Source: Ruditapes philippinarum (lineage: Eukaryota). Taken from it: DNA of 64,000 nucleotides. Location: assembly GCF_026571515.1 (NCBI RefSeq), contig NW_026856260.1:62001-126000 (forward strand), written 5' to 3'. This document shows positions 34,962 to 50,067 of this stretch, piece after piece. The translations under genes and the position numbers were made by a program. The notes under the pieces are model-generated. The model was not told the DNA's origin. It searched no databases and saw only the letters and a list, made by a program, of their open reading frames with translations. Every line of letters begins with the position of its first letter. Position 1 is the stretch's first letter.

Positions 34962-36411
34962 ATATCAGAGTTAAGGACATTTAAAGCTGACCTTTGATGA
35001 TGCCAACATTAAACAATAGAACTTAACAGTTTGATAATAAGTTTTGACTGCAACAGCAAACAAAAAGTCAATGACATCATCTGGAAATTTGTGTTAAAAA
35101 AGTCAAGCTAAAAAGAGTTTCTAATATTTTCCAAATTATCATTTAATCAAGAAACATTAAGGCATGGACAGGTAATAATTTTATATTTGACGATGACGGT
35201 AAAGGTCACTTTTGAAGTAATCATCATTGCAAGTTTTGTAACGAGTGCTTCAATAGAAAATTTTCCACAACTCTCTATATATACACCATATGATAGAATT
35301 ATAAATATAATACAAATTAAAAAAATATATATCAAAGGACAATCTTTTCAAATAATTATCAACACTTCTTCGGTTTCAAAAAACCATAATTCCTTGAAAC
35401 AGCATTTTAAAACAATAAATTTCACTTACTTGTTTCAAAACATCTGAGAATGAAAATCTGTCATACATTCAAATCTGATATAAACTCAACTTTTCAAGTT
35501 ATATCATAAGACTGAGGTGTTTTTTGGGGGATATCTCTTGTTATATTTATACTTTTCAATTCTTCGCCAAGCATGACTTCTCAATTATCATTATATCTAA
35601 GTATAAGTAACAAACAAGCAGTACTGTTAAGGAAACTTGCTAAGAAAAACAGGAAACACTTCATGGTAAGAAAAGTAGGAGTATATATCAATATGTTTTG
35701 TGTGAAATGTTTCCAACGTTTTACCACAATTTGACTAAAATATTAAATCCCTCTATCCGATGTAAAAACAATTTGTCTGATTGTGCTAATTTCATGGTCA
35801 TGTTTAGACAAACACAGGAAATGGCAGCTGTGCCTTGGTATCAGTTGAAAAAAGTGACTCATCATACTGTCACCTAGTATAATAGCAACAACATTCGACA
35901 ATATTTGGTCAACACTGTCTGAGTGAAATGATAATACCACTGTCTGTGTTGTACGAAAAGAAAAAGTAAAAGTTCCGTTTCTGTTCTCCGTCCCTTAGTA
36001 ACTCTCTTTTAAAACTGCCAACCTCATCAACTTTTTTCTCCTTTTTACTTTTTCATCAAATTGTTTTCGTATACAAATATAGATTTATTAGCAAAAGAAA
36101 TTCCTAACTTATTACTTTCCATCTTACCTTCAATCTTTTTTTTTTGGGGGTTTGAGACTATAAATTGAACTTCTATTTTTTGACCTAGCATTTAAACCCT
36201 TACTTTTAAATGAAGTTTATTAATGTTTATAGTATTGTTTTTAATATAACTGCAGGTCTAGTTTAGTATAACATGTGTTGTTGTACAACCTTTTAATGAA
36301 TATCCTTAAATGAAACACACATAATTAAGTTAATGGTAAACCATATCAATTGTCTTATATCACAAGGTCATATACTACAACATACTACTCAATTACGATC
36401 ATTACTGTGAC

Positions 36412-36476
36412 AGGTGGGTCCACTAATAAGGCGAGGTGGGTCCACTAATAAGGCGAGGTGGGTCCACTAATAAGGC
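36412..36476. repeat. 22-bp tandem repeat x3 (AGGTGGGTCCACTAATAAGGCG)
   Basis: Essentially perfect copies. Confidence 0.9.
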
Positions 36477-37113
36477 ATAAAACTATTATCATACTGTATA
36501 TTAAGTTATCTGTAGTCTGATAATTGCGTGGTCACGTAAAAAATATGTTTTCTGCTTAACTTCTAGTTGAAATGTAACATTCCTGGCTGTACATCTTTTT
36601 CAAAATTGACAATTAAATAAGTTTATAAGTTTATTCTTGTTTTATATTTTTTATTCTTTTAGACCCATCCATCTTACCTTTTCAGTCAATGGTTGTAAAC
36701 TTTTGAGTTACTCTCTCATCATAATCGACAAACAGTATAAAACATAAAAAGTCCTAACAAGTCAAGGGATAAGTATTTCCACAGAACATACTTGTCAAAA
36801 AAAAAATATATATATATATATTTGTTTAACATTCTTTGCAGAGGATTATTAATAAACAACATGACTGTTCAGTACAAATATTTACAAAATAGATTAGACT
36901 TAAATTCTTTGTACATAATATAAATATTATATACTAGTATATTACATGTAATAAGGTAACTGTAATCTACTTAGTGGCTACACCAAAATAATCTCTTGTT
37001 TATCAGACTGACTGACTGCTCCAACTTTTAGGTTTAATTGTAAAGTATTGATTAACAAATCATTTATTTTGGTATCTTTCTAGCCTTCATGTAGTATTTA
37101 AACAAAAAATAAA

Positions 37114-37920
37114 AACAAGAGGGCAATAATGGCCCTGAAATCGCTCACCTGTATATAGGCCCCCGGGGCAGGGCCAATTTTAACCCAGGGGCTTTTATTT
37201 GAACAAACTTGGTAGACACCCATTTGAAGATGTTTCATGATAAATATCTAAGCTCTAGCTGTAAGAAGATTTTTTTTACTAAAACAATTACCCCCCCCCC
37301 CCCTCAGGGTGGGGCCAATTTTGTCCCCAGGGTTTTTATTTGAACAAATTTGGTAGTCACTTACTAGAAAATAGTTCATGCTTAATATCTAAACTCTAAC
37401 TCTTTGGGTTTTTAAAAGAATTTTTTTAAAGTTTTTACTATATACATATAAGGAAAATCAATGATCCCCAAGTCGGGGCCAATTTTAACCCCCAGGGCCC
37501 TTAAATGAACAAAAATGGTAGACACCCATTAGAAGATGTGTCATGCTTAATATCTTAGCTCTAGCTCTTAGGGTTTTTTAAAAGAAGATTTTTTAAGTTT
37601 TTACTATATACATGAAGGGAAAACCAATAACCCTCTGGGATGGGGCCAATTTTGACCCCAGGGCTCTTATTTGAACAAACTTGGTTGACACCCACTAGAA
37701 GATGTTTCATGCTTAATATCTAAGCTCTAGCTATTTAGTTCTGCTTGGAATTAAATTCTTTGAACAATTTTTTAAAAATTCCTGTGGAGTTTGGATGAAA
37801 TTGGCTTAGAGGTTTATGAGGAGATGTCGTTTAAAGTAAAAGTTTACGGACAGACAGATGAACGATGGATGAAAAGCGATCACAAAAGCTCACCATGTCA
37901 CTTTGTGACAGGTGAGCTAA
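37114..37920 (-). mobile_element. HINE family A, copy 3, ~4 internal repeats, internally deleted
   Basis: Same termini; more diverged. Confidence 0.85.
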
Positions 37921-39309
37921 AAATAAGTGGGAAAAAACACTATGAAAAGAACATCCGAGAGAAAAAAAAACAGAAAAAAATATATATTTATAATAAGAGT
38001 GTGAAGGACACTTCAGTTTGTGTGGCCTTTTTTTAGTCCAATGAAATAATACTATTTTACCAATCCTCATTCTCTTCTTTGAGGAGGATAAGTGTCCTCT
38101 AAATATTTTTTGATTCAAAAAATCTTTGCAGAGGGTCATTTACAGACATGACTTTGTTTTCGAAAGAAAATGTTATGTCTGCCACCAGCAGAATATCAAG
38201 GAATGGCATTTTATATATTTTTAGTGTTGTTTGTCAAAATGACTCATATGATAAATGTATACATGTATGTGTATCGATTCTAATGAAACAGCACTTATAA
38301 TAAATATAATAACTTTAAATACACATTTTGTAAACAAATCATTAATGAAACAAATTATTATATTGTAAGTAAAAAACTCAACTAAATGTTGAATTGTACT
38401 GTACAAAAACACAAATTTATATTTAAATCATGACGAATTTTTCCCATTGTATTAAGTAAATCTGAAAACCTGTAAATAACCAAAGTATATAAAAATGTTA
38501 TTCAGCACAAAACAACACAATAATTTTTCTTTGAAGACCAGCACAGACAAGGCCAGTAATTGCAATATCAACAACCAATCTAAAGCATTTGCTATTAGTT
38601 ATCTAATTCTAGAATGAGACTAGGCTGGAGAATAGAACATCCAATATGAGTTTAAACATTTTGAGCTAATGATAGTTGTATTGACATGCTTGGCAAGCGC
38701 GACATCTTTATGATATTCCTTATAAACTCATACCAAAGTATACATTACAAATAATGTCTTATATACTGCCTTTATAACTTTAATCAACAGGTTATTATTT
38801 TATTCAATTGCAAACTGAACCATTTCTAAAAAAATCTCAAACATTTAATCAATTGATTTAAAATATATAAGCAGCTCTCTACCATTTTCTAATTGTCACT
38901 CGGTGTAGACCAATGGTCGGCACAAATATTATGATGTTATTTAAAGAATATCTTACTGAATAAAAGCATTTCCAGGAATAAGTGCATAGTTTACTAATAA
39001 ACAGAGGTATTCACTTTCATAAGTATTGGTTTTTTTCCACCTCGTATAATCCTTTTTTCATTTGACTGGACAGCAATTCTAACATGTTGACAGTCTTGGA
39101 AACTTAAAATGATCAAATATTTCTTTATTATTTATAAACAACTTTAACATTTTAAAGTTAATGACCAGCGATGATAAATACCTTGTGATGTATGGGTAGT
39201 CTCAATATTTTTCGGCTGCAAGACAGACCTATTTTACAAACTGATATTACTGTATATAGTCACTGACTGTCATAATTATATATGATAGAAAGACCTGGTG
39301 CACAACAAG

Positions 39310-39585
39310 GCGTCCAGTAAGATTAATTATAAGGTAGAGTGTTGGATTGTGAATCTGCAATCATACGATCCGGGTTCAATTCCCAAACAACGCAAGTCAC
39401 ATTCATTGTGATTTTTCATGAAATCCTTTCTACTGTCATTTGCACAGTACCTCTGCTTTGGCATGTTTTGAAGTTATCAGTTCCTTGCTTGACAGCCTGG
39501 CCAAAACGATATGGAGGCTGAACTGGTAAATACAATGTGGCTTACTGCCGTGATTAGGACGGTTAACTACCGACACCAGCACAAA
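39310..39585 (+). mobile_element. tRNA-derived SINE family 2, copy 2
   Basis: Collinear with 6903-7172 (GGTTCAATTCCC, ATCAGTTCCTTGC, AATGTGGCTT.CTGCC.TGAT). Confidence 0.72.
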
Positions 39586-39989
39586 CCGCACAATTCATTG
39601 AGCTAGATGTATGTGAAGCTTTTAGGCTTTTTAGTCCCTTACGGAAAATGAGTAATGTTGGCGTGATAAATGTCCCATCCAAAAGGGAAATGAACTTTTA
39701 CCTCGTATGAAATACAAACAAACCCGGACTATCGTCTGTATTTACACTCTTTGTATAAAGAATGTAAAAATAATTGTTTTCATTTCCAAAGCGAATTGTA
39801 AATATGTTTATATTCAGTTTGTAAAGAATAAATAACTATTTTTAATGGAAAGTAAACACTGACCTCAGCTAAATCAATACGGAATTCCAATAAAAGGGAA
39901 GTAACTTCTGACAATTCTGATAAGTATAGAAATCCAACCGATTGTATCCAGAAATCGGATTAATAATCTGATGGTCATCACTGATTAAT

Positions 39990-42650
39990 AATTTTCAGAC
40001 AGCGTACATACTGTACTTTCAAACAATGTACATACTGTACATTTATAAAATGTACAAAATATACATTCAGACAGTGTACATTCAGGCAATGTTTATACTG
40101 TACATTCATAAAGTGTTCATACTGTACATTCAGACAGTGTTATTGGTATACTGTATAATGTACATTCAGACAGTGTATATTATGTACATTCAGACAGTGT
40201 ATAGTAGTACATTTCAGACAGTGTATAGTATATTATGATCATTCTGGCAGTGTATAGTATATTATGTACATCCAGACAGTGTATAGTAGTACATTTCAGA
40301 CAGTGTATAGTTTATTATGTACATTCAGACAGTGTATAGTAGTACATTCAGACAGTGTATAGTAGTACATTCAGACAGTGTATAGTTTATTATGTACATT
40401 CAGACAGTGTATAGTAGTACATTCAGACAGTATATAGTAGTACATTCAGACAGTATATAGTAGTACATTCAGACAGTGTATAGTATATTATGTACGTTCA
40501 GACAGTGTATAGTATATTATGTACATTCAGACAGTGTATATTATATTATGTACATTCAGACAGTGTATAATAGTACATTCAGACAGTGTATAGTTTATTA
40601 TGTACATTCAGACAGTGTATAGTATATTATGTACATTCAGACAGTGTATAATAGTACATTCAGACAGTGTATAGTATTTTATGTACATTCAGACAGTGTA
40701 TAGTAGTACATTCAGATAGTCAGAAAATGTATAGAAGTACATTCAGACAGTGTATAGTAGTACATTCAGACAGTGTATGGTAGTACATCCAGACAGTGTA
40801 TAGTATATTATGTACATTCAGACAGTGTATAGTAGTACATTCAGACAGTGTATAGTAGTACATTCAGACAGTGTATAGTAGTACATTCAGACAGTGTACA
40901 GTAGTACATTCAGAGTGTATAGTAGTACATTCAGACAGTGTATAGTAGTACATTCAGACAGTGTATAGTAGTACATTCAGACAGTGTATAGTAGTACATT
41001 CAGACCGTGTACAGAAGTACATTCAGACAGTGTATAGTAGTACATTCAGACAGTGTATAGTAGTACATTCAGACAGTGTATATCATATTATGTACATTCA
41101 GACAGTATATAGTAGTTCATTCAGACAGTGTAGAGTATATTATGTACATTCAGTGTACATACTGTACATTCAGACAGTGTGCACAGTGTACATTCAGTTA
41201 GTGTTCATATTGTACATTCAGACAGTGTTCATACTGTTCATTCATAGTGTTCATACTGCACATTCAGACACTGTACATACTGTACATTCAGACAGTGTGC
41301 ATTCAGTTAGTGTTCATACTGTACATTCAGACAATGTTCATACTGTTCATTCATACTGTACATTCAGACAGTGTTCATACTGTTCATTCATAGTGTTCAT
41401 ACTGCACATTCAGACAGTGTACATACTGTACATTCAGTTAGTGTACATTCATAAAATGTACAAACTGTACAATAAGACAGTGTACATAATGTACTTTCAA
41501 ACAGTTAATTCCTCCAAAGTCAAAGATGACTGAAAACAATGAGGCAAAGCAGTGCTAATAATAGTAACGGCATAAAAACACAAGATTCTCGACCTCCAAC
41601 TCCATCATTAAACTTTTGCAAGCCTTTGTATATTAGTACATTCGGACAGTGTATAGTAACACATTCAGACAGTGTATAGTAGTACATTCAGACAGTGTAT
41701 AGTAGTACATTTTCAGATATTCAGACAGTGCATAGTAGTACATTCAGACAGTGTACATAGTATATTATGTACATTCAGACAGTGTATAATAGTACATTCA
41801 GACAGTGTATAGTAGTACATTCAGACAGTGTATAGTTTATTATGTACATTCAGACAGTGTATAGTGTATTATGTACATTCAGACAGTGTATAGTAGTACA
41901 TTCAGACAGTGTATAGTGTATTATGTACATTCAGACAGTGTATAGTAGTACATTCAGACAGTGTATATTATATTATGTACATTCAGACAGTGTATAGTAT
42001 ATTATGTACATTCAGACAGTGTTTAGTGTATTATGTACATTCAGACAGTATATAGTAGTACATTCAGACAGTGTATAGTAGTACATTCAGACAGTGTATA
42101 GTAGTACATTCAGACAGTGTATAGTTTATTATGTACATTCAGACAGTGTATAGTAGTACATTCAGACAGTGTATAGTAGTACATTCAGACAGTGTATTAT
42201 GTACATTCAGACAGTATATAGTAGTACATTCAGACAGTGTATAGTAGTACATTCAGACAGTGTATAGTGTATTATGTACATTCAGACAGTGTATAGTAGT
42301 ACATTCAGACAGTGTATAGTAGTACATTCAGACAGTGTATTATGTACATTCAGACAGTGTATAGTAGTACATTCAGACAGTGTATTATGTACATTCAGAC
42401 AGTGTATAGTAGTACATTCAGACAGTGTATAGTATATAATGTAAATTCAGATAGTGTATAGTAGTACATTCAGACAGTGTACATACTGTACATCCAGACA
42501 GTGTTCATTCATAGTGTTCCTACTGCACATTCAGACAGTGTACATACTGTACATTCATTTATTGTACATACTGTCATTCACTTAGTGTACATTCATAAAA
42601 TGTACAAACTGTACATTAAGACAGTGTACATAGTGTACATTCAGGCATAT
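39990..42650. repeat. 23/29-bp satellite (TACATTCAGACAGTGTATAGTAG) in two arrays
   Basis: Arrays at ~39990-41495 and ~41635-42650, separated by a duplicated unique spacer. Confidence 0.95.
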
Positions 42651-45600
42651 ATGTTCTTGAAAAAAAGTACAATTTTCAAGATTTTCTTAGTCTTATTTCA
42701 AATATACAGGTTACAATGCAGTTATTTTCAAATAGTTAATTCCTCCATCAAAGAAACCCCATTGCCTTTACTTAAATATGTCACTTGTGCCAAGTAGGGA
42801 ACCACTGGTACCATGTTAAACATCTGCAACAAGCACTGGAAAGTTGTAATTCTACCAAAACGATTTCAGTTTGTACATAATGTATGTGTATGAATATACA
42901 ATAGCAAGATCTGTAGCCCAATCACCTAGTTATACATGTACATAGCACATTATCTTCCTTTAAAGTCAAACATGACTGAAAACAACGAGGCAAAGCAGTG
43001 CTAATAATAGTAACGGCATAAAAACACAAGATCCTCGACCACCAACTCCCTCATTAAACTTTTGCAAGCCTTTGCGATACGAATGGCTAGCTGTATATTT
43101 ATAAAGTTGGGAGGGGTGTGGGGAGGGGTATGATTAACAATGATTGTAAATCTTATGGCAGCTTACCCATGAAATTTGCGACTAGTAGCAAATGTTTTTT
43201 AGCCGGTAACCTAAACTACACACTCCTGTCAAACTAGTTATTTGAATTCCTTGATATGTCTACAGTTTCAATAATGTTTGAAGATAGTGTGGAAATAAGG
43301 GAAAAATATAACACTTGACACCAGCTTTGCACAAATTTTTTTCATTTAAAAGCATTTTATAAAATTTAAATCAAAATCATATAAACAAGTCATAAACAGT
43401 GTACAAAATATGAAAACAATAAATAATACAGTAAACTAAATTTCATAAAGTACTTAAAGAATACTAGAATATAGATAAATAAAAATAACTTCCAGAGCTT
43501 GTTGAAATCAAGTTAAAGGAGAAAAGAACAAGATGCATAATAATAATAATAAAAATAATATATAAACAAATACATTTGTTCAAATATCAGTTGAATTCAA
43601 CACTTAAAGCGACCTTCAGCTTTTATTTCTGTTGGAAAAAACAATTCTGTATTGCTTCAAACTAAGTATTTCATTAATTAATCTAAAATGTGCATCATTA
43701 AGCCAGATAAGCCGTCTTCAAAACCAGCGTCACGAGAGCTATTTATAACGTGTAAGAGATGTTCGTTTCTAAAAATAGAAGATAGGGAAACAAATCATCC
43801 ACTTTGATAATTAAACATTGAGAACGGACCTGGTGATTAGTGGTATCAAGGCATATGTATTCTATCCTCGGCAATATCATTTTCCACTTTAATTCTTTTG
43901 ACAATTATTTGAAACAATTTATCTAAAAATAACATATTTAACCTTTACAAAAGCTGAAGGCCACTTTAATCATGAATTTCCTACAGTAGTTCAATTTAGT
44001 CATAAGTGTTTGACTCATTATTTGCAGTCAAAAAAAATATCATAACATATTCTCCCATTTATTATCACCTCAAATGAAAGGTGTGTAAGCATACAATTTC
44101 AACATTTCCAATGATTTCCTTACTGTGCCTGCTTTGAAAGCAGTTTTTTCCTAATTATAATGAAGAAATAGGAATATAGATTGAATAATATATCTAATAT
44201 ATATGTCATAAATATTTTACACCATGGTTAATTAGTAGCATGTATAATAAATACTATGGGAGAAGTTATATTTGCTAAATGTAAAGGAAACATTGGTAGA
44301 ATTGAAAATCTACAACAGTGGCAAATGAAGCCAATATCTTTAACAATCTAATCAAGAAATTTCTAACAGGACTAACTAATCATATCATGTTGAACGTCAG
44401 CAGTTGCAAAATAACAAAATATTAATAATCATATATTAAAAGTAAGTATCAAAAAGAAAGGAGTAGGTAATAAATTAATATAAAAATTGTAAAAAATGCC
44501 CAATTAATATCAGTTGTGACATTCTGCACACAAACTGACAGTTTTCTTAATAACTGGTTTAATTGCTTTTACTTAGTGTAACACAGATGGTTCTGGTTTT
44601 TGTTGCTTTTTTTATAAATTGTACAACAATATCTACATGTATTTTTGCTCATACAACAAATAATATAGTACCAATTTCAAGTGAACAGCTACACTTTACA
44701 TATCTTACCATACAATAAACAATGCCATGTGTACATAACAATTAAGATAATGTCAGAAACTAATTAAATTACCTAAAATTGCCAAAAAAACCACTCTGAT
44801 TATTAAATTAATCACACAAGTGGTTTATTTCATTTTGTTGTGCTATTGCATGAATGGTGATTTACACAAGTACCACAACATATATTGGAACATAAACAAA
44901 TCCCTGAACAAATCTTTACACTACGAAAATTACATTTAGGTGTTTAAAATTCTTGTAGACATTTTTCTATCTCTAAATTGTATAAGAAAATGTATAGTGC
45001 TGGGTGCAATGAGGCTCATTAACCCTTGCACTACTCACACGAGTCTTAGCAACTAGTGCTAGCGATGTGACCAGTTTTAACCATAATCAGCTAGCACATG
45101 TGTGCCGTCTCATCTTAGCCTGCACTATTTGCTAGTCAGTCAGTACTAAAAATGAAATTTTCTTTAAAAAATTAAGAATGATTTTGTCTATAGTGAAGAA
45201 TCGACAATTCCATGTACAATGTATGTTATTTAACCTGGTAAGTTTTACAATTATTATGTAAACTGGTGTCCCTCAGATTTCAGAAAATTAGAAACAGGGT
45301 GTGCTGATAAAAGACCATTTTTCCAAATTACTGACTCAATAAAAAACATTTTGCATCTAATTATTCATTTGCCTTGGTTCTGCATATAAAGGCTTGCAAA
45401 CATCAAGTTTCAAAAATCTAAACAAATCAATAAATTTTTCAAAAAAATAAGAAAACCAATACATGTACATTCTATAGAAAACTAGGAAAGGGCTATGCAA
45501 AAGTAACTCTTGGATCTTTCTTCATATGTTGTATTGATGAATAAGACCACATTTCATCATGAAACATCTTCTATCATTGCAATAAATACACATTAAATTG

Positions 45601-45999
45601 ATAAATGATTTTTCAACTCCCTCCCCCCTCCACCCCCAAAAAGGTATTAAATGCATATCAGATCTTTACAATATGTATTATGCTAATGAAAAAGTAGTGC
45701 AATCCACAAATACAGTTGCCACATGCAGTTTTTTGCAATTGATTATTTGTTTATTCTACTAAAAACATAAATTGTTTCCTGTCAATTCACATGCTTTAAT
45801 TCTCCGTCAATCATTTGTATTATAGTTTTATCTATCAATCTACCTTTACCAATCTAATTTTGTGTAATGGATATGTCTTGCTCTGAATTTTGATACTGCC
45901 TCCAGTAGTTTATAGACTTTCAATCTCAGAATAATGAAAGCATATATACACCATAAAATTGTGCAGATAACACGAGTACAGTTACATATACTGTGGAAA

Positions 46000-46385
46000 T
46001 GGATGACCTGGTACTCTGTTTGTAGGAATGTGCTTTTATGGTTGCACTGGTTCATCTGGTACTGTACTGGTAGGAGTATGCTTATAGGGTTGTATAAGTT
46101 GACCTGGTATTATACTTATAGGGAATGTGTTTATATGGTTGTACTGATACCTATACTTAAAGGGGATGTGTTTATATGGTTTTACTGGTTGTTGACCTGG
46201 CACTATACTTACACAGATGTACTTATATGGTTGTACTGGTACTATACTTTTAGGGATATGCTTATATGGCTGTACTAGTTGACCTGACCTGGTACTATGC
46301 TTGTAGGGATGTGCTTATATGGTTGTACTGGTTGACCAGGTACTATACTTATAGGAATGTGCTTATATGGTTGTACTGGCTATAT
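46000..46385. repeat. ~48-bp degenerate minisatellite x~8
   Basis: GACCTGGTACTATACTTATAGGGATGTGCTTATATGGTTGTACTGGTT. Confidence 0.82.
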
Positions 46386-46751
46386 ACCATTGTCTTATCC
46401 TTGTTATTATCACTGTCATCACTCAAAGGCTTGATACAAACCAATACTGAAAGGTTATTATAAGCATACACATGATCAGACTGCATATTTAATCATCCTG
46501 TGACATTTGGCACTCATAATGAGGTTATGAATGTATAAAGCTTCCAATGCAAATTGTTCTCTGTAACCAGTAAGAAATTCTAGAACAATTTTCAAGAAAC
46601 CGGGGAAACATGTCATAGTAAAGAACTGTTCAATGATTGAGGAGATGTGTAAGCAGCAAGGTAGCTCAGCTGGTAGAGCTGCCGGTAGGTATTTTAATGA
46701 TTCTGGGTTCAACTCCCAGGATTGCCTCACTTTATTCTCACCCTGTGACAT

Positions 46752-47178
46752 AAGGAGGGCCATGATGGCAATTATATGCTCACCTAAAATTTTTGTTCAC
46801 ATGGACAAGATTTCATTATATAGTCATTTAATTAATGTTTTATCAAAATCTGCCAAGCAGTTGGGAAGGGCATGTCAATTTAAAATTGATAATATGTGAA
46901 TCTAATTTAGCACAAAGACAGCCATGTTGTTCAGCAAACTGTAACAATTTACGCAATTTTCGTTAATGCGACCAAGGGGTAATTCCTGTTGAATTAAATC
47001 ATATTGATTAAAGCTTTAAAGAGGTTGCGATGTCATTTGATGCTTAAGTTTTAGCTCTTGCAACTATCATGTTGTTGTTGTTGTTTTACGTCAATGTCAA
47101 AGTAAAATGTTGACAACAGATTTGCAGCAATCACAATATATAGCTTTCCTTAAGATTGATGTGCTCAGGTGAGCTAAA
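46752..47178 (-). mobile_element. Old HINE related to family A
   Basis: AGGGCCATGATGGC..GCTCACCT at one end, CAGGTGAGCTAAAA at the other. Confidence 0.55.
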
Positions 47179-47222
47179 AAGGAACAAAACATAAGTGACA
47201 GAGAAACATGATGCATGCATAT

Positions 47223-47431
47223 GAGCCGCATCATGACAAAACATAGTGCGTTTGCGACCAGCATGGATCCAGACCAGCCTGCACATCCGCACAGTCTGAT
47301 CAGGATCCATGCTGTCCGCTATCAGTTTCTCTACTTGCTACAGGGTGTGTAAGCGAACAGCATGGATCCTGATCAGACTGGATCCATGCTGTTCGCAAAC
47401 GCACTATGTTGGTTTTGTCGTGACGCAGCTC
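47223..47431. mobile_element. Palindromic MITE, same family (TSD ATAT)
   Basis: TSD at 47219-47222 and 47432-47435; small deletion in the right arm. Confidence 0.85.
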
Positions 47432-50067
47432 ATATTATACTGATACAAACATCTTAACCACCAATGTTTGACTGACGTTTTTTTGCCCTTCAACATTAAT
47501 TATTAAAAACTGATTATCTATTAATTGCACAGTACCGTTACTTAGTTTCAATACACGATTGAACTTTGAACACAACAAGAATTAAACATCCTGACAAACT
47601 GGTGCAAAATTTTCATACTTTTTTTATATATAAAACAACTGCAGTTCAGACAAATGTATAGTAAAAGATGCATGCACAAAATAATGAAAATATGAGTTTC
47701 TGTAGTTTTTTTTCCACCAACTAAAATAACTAAAGCTAAAATCCATAATATAAAGCATGTTTTATGTAAATATATAATTTATTTATAAAAAGTAGACAAA
47801 TTTAATACATGTGACCTCTCAAAGAAAAAATTCAATAATTGATATAATATGGATAATATTATGCAACAAAAAAAATTAACAGAGAAAATTAAATATGGGA
47901 AATTTTTGTAAGTTCATAGGAGCTATGTGTAAGTTCACAACAAACAGAAAACTCAAATGATAAGTGAACAAATAAACTATTCTTTGGTGTGAAAGCAATT
48001 TATGCCTTAGATTGATATGCAGTATGGCCTGATTTTTTTTTTTTTCAGTCCATACTTTATACCTATAAAACCCTTCAAAATAACCATGAAAATTTCAAAT
48101 CTAAAGTAATATTAACCCACTTTACAAACTCAGTAAGAAACAAAGGAAAGAATATAAACATTGTGATAGTTATACAATATTAATGATAACACAGAATATA
48201 ATTCAAAAGACCACTGAATGCAGTGTTAACGCTTGTCTGTTCAACTTACCACTTTTAACAAAAAAAAGAGGCATAACTCCAAAATATAACTTTCAGAATT
48301 ATGCCCCTTGTCTAACAAATGTACCTTTTCATGATTAGCAAGCATTCCATGTTTATACTGATACAATTGAAACTGTTTGAGAAATGGAATACATTAAATG
48401 TTTTTGCAGGACGAAAACAATTATGACAGCAGTCATATGAATAGCAAATTTTTTCTTCGAGACAGACTAAAAAAGAATCAATGTATTTACAAAATTGGGT
48501 ATACATTTCAAACTATAAGCAAATTATAAATAAAATCCTATATAGACCTTGAATTTGTAAAATATCTAAAAAAATTTCATAACCCTTATGATTAGCTATT
48601 TTTTCTTTTAAATTTCATAATTGTCAGTCTGACCTCATATTTGGCTGACAAAAATTTTATAATCATTTGTCCAAGCCAAAATGTATATAAATTCAAAACT
48701 CATCTATTTCAGATTCTTTGTTCAGATCTTTTACCTCTCACCTTCTCCTGTGACCTTCACTTTCAGTAAAGTGTTTTACAACTATTGGCGCGATCCAAAC
48801 ATCGAAAATCGATTCTTGGATTGTAAACATATAGATGTAGATATTTTGCTGGCAAAAATTAACAATAACCAATAATATTAGCAGTCTGACCTAAAACTTT
48901 ACTTGACGACAAAAATTGCATAACCATCAATTCAACCTCACATCTTGCTGAGAAAGTGTTGAAAGTTTCAACACAAAAAACTATCTGGCCTACTTATTTT
49001 GCTGACAAAAATTATGAATATAAAAAAAAATCTTAACTATCTGTCCAGCAGAAACTTGGGTTAATTCTGTTTCCAAAATAAATGTGCAATGCCAATAAAC
49101 AGGTGGCAGGTTTTAAAACATGTTAAACAGTAGAAACAACAACAGGTAGGTGAAAGTGATATAATCAACAAAATAATACATCACAAAGTGAATGAAGCAA
49201 AGTGACATAGTAAATGTAATCATCATGTCTCTACAATAAAAAAAAACTACCTGCAAAAACCGAAATACTTTTTTTAAGTTGGGACTAGGTATTAACTCTG
49301 AATGTCTCCAGGGGTGTTTGTGCGCGTGTTTTTTTTTTTTTTTTGCCAAAAAAAGGGAAAACAATAAACAATAGTTAAAGTAATCAGAAAATATTCACAA
49401 TCCAGGAGTCGATTTGCAGGTTTAAAAAAAAAAAAAAAAAAAAACAACATGCGTATATCTTTCTTTCCATTACATACAGTGTAGAGCATATTTATTTTTA
49501 TTATATATAATTAAAGTTTTCGTAAACCCTTAAAACCACACAGGTCTTTAAATTACCTTAAATAAGTCAAACTTATAAAGTAAGGATACTAAAAAAAATG
49601 CCCTTTTAAAAGAGACATAACCAGCCCTATCCCGTATTTGTTGTGATAAATACTAATACATGTGATTATTCATAATTAAAGATTAAAATAACCTAGCAAA
49701 AGATATGTAAAATAATTCAAGGAAAAATTAAAGTAATACATGATATGCAAGAATTACAAATACATGTATAAAATACACAATGAAGCATACAGCAAACATA
49801 TGTTTTTGTATCAAATATTCTTACTACATGTTTATTGTCATAAGGAAAAGTGTTAAACAATTTATTTGATAAGTTAAACAAAACTGAAGTTTTAACAAAA
49901 TTTAACTTAATACCGTGACTTAATTTAATATGAATACCAAATTTATAGGTTGATTTAAGTGGCATTATGTGGTATTCAAGAGTAAATGGTGAGTGTTCAG
50001 GTAAAATTAAAATAACTATATTTTGTCATATTTGTTTTCGATTTTATATCAAACGTCACCAGAGTAA

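Noticed and set aside
35940-39720. Candidate upstream UTR-exon donors (near 36127, 36677, 39701)
   Set aside because: Isolated donor-like motifs with no supporting exon boundaries
40961-41533. 190-aa ORF (longest in the track)
   Set aside because: Lies within the satellite; low-complexity periodic translation
45934-46463. W/Y-rich ORFs
   Set aside because: Translation of the ~48-bp minisatellite
46658-46725. tRNA-like box A/box B sequence
   Set aside because: No complete cloverleaf; likely a decayed SINE head
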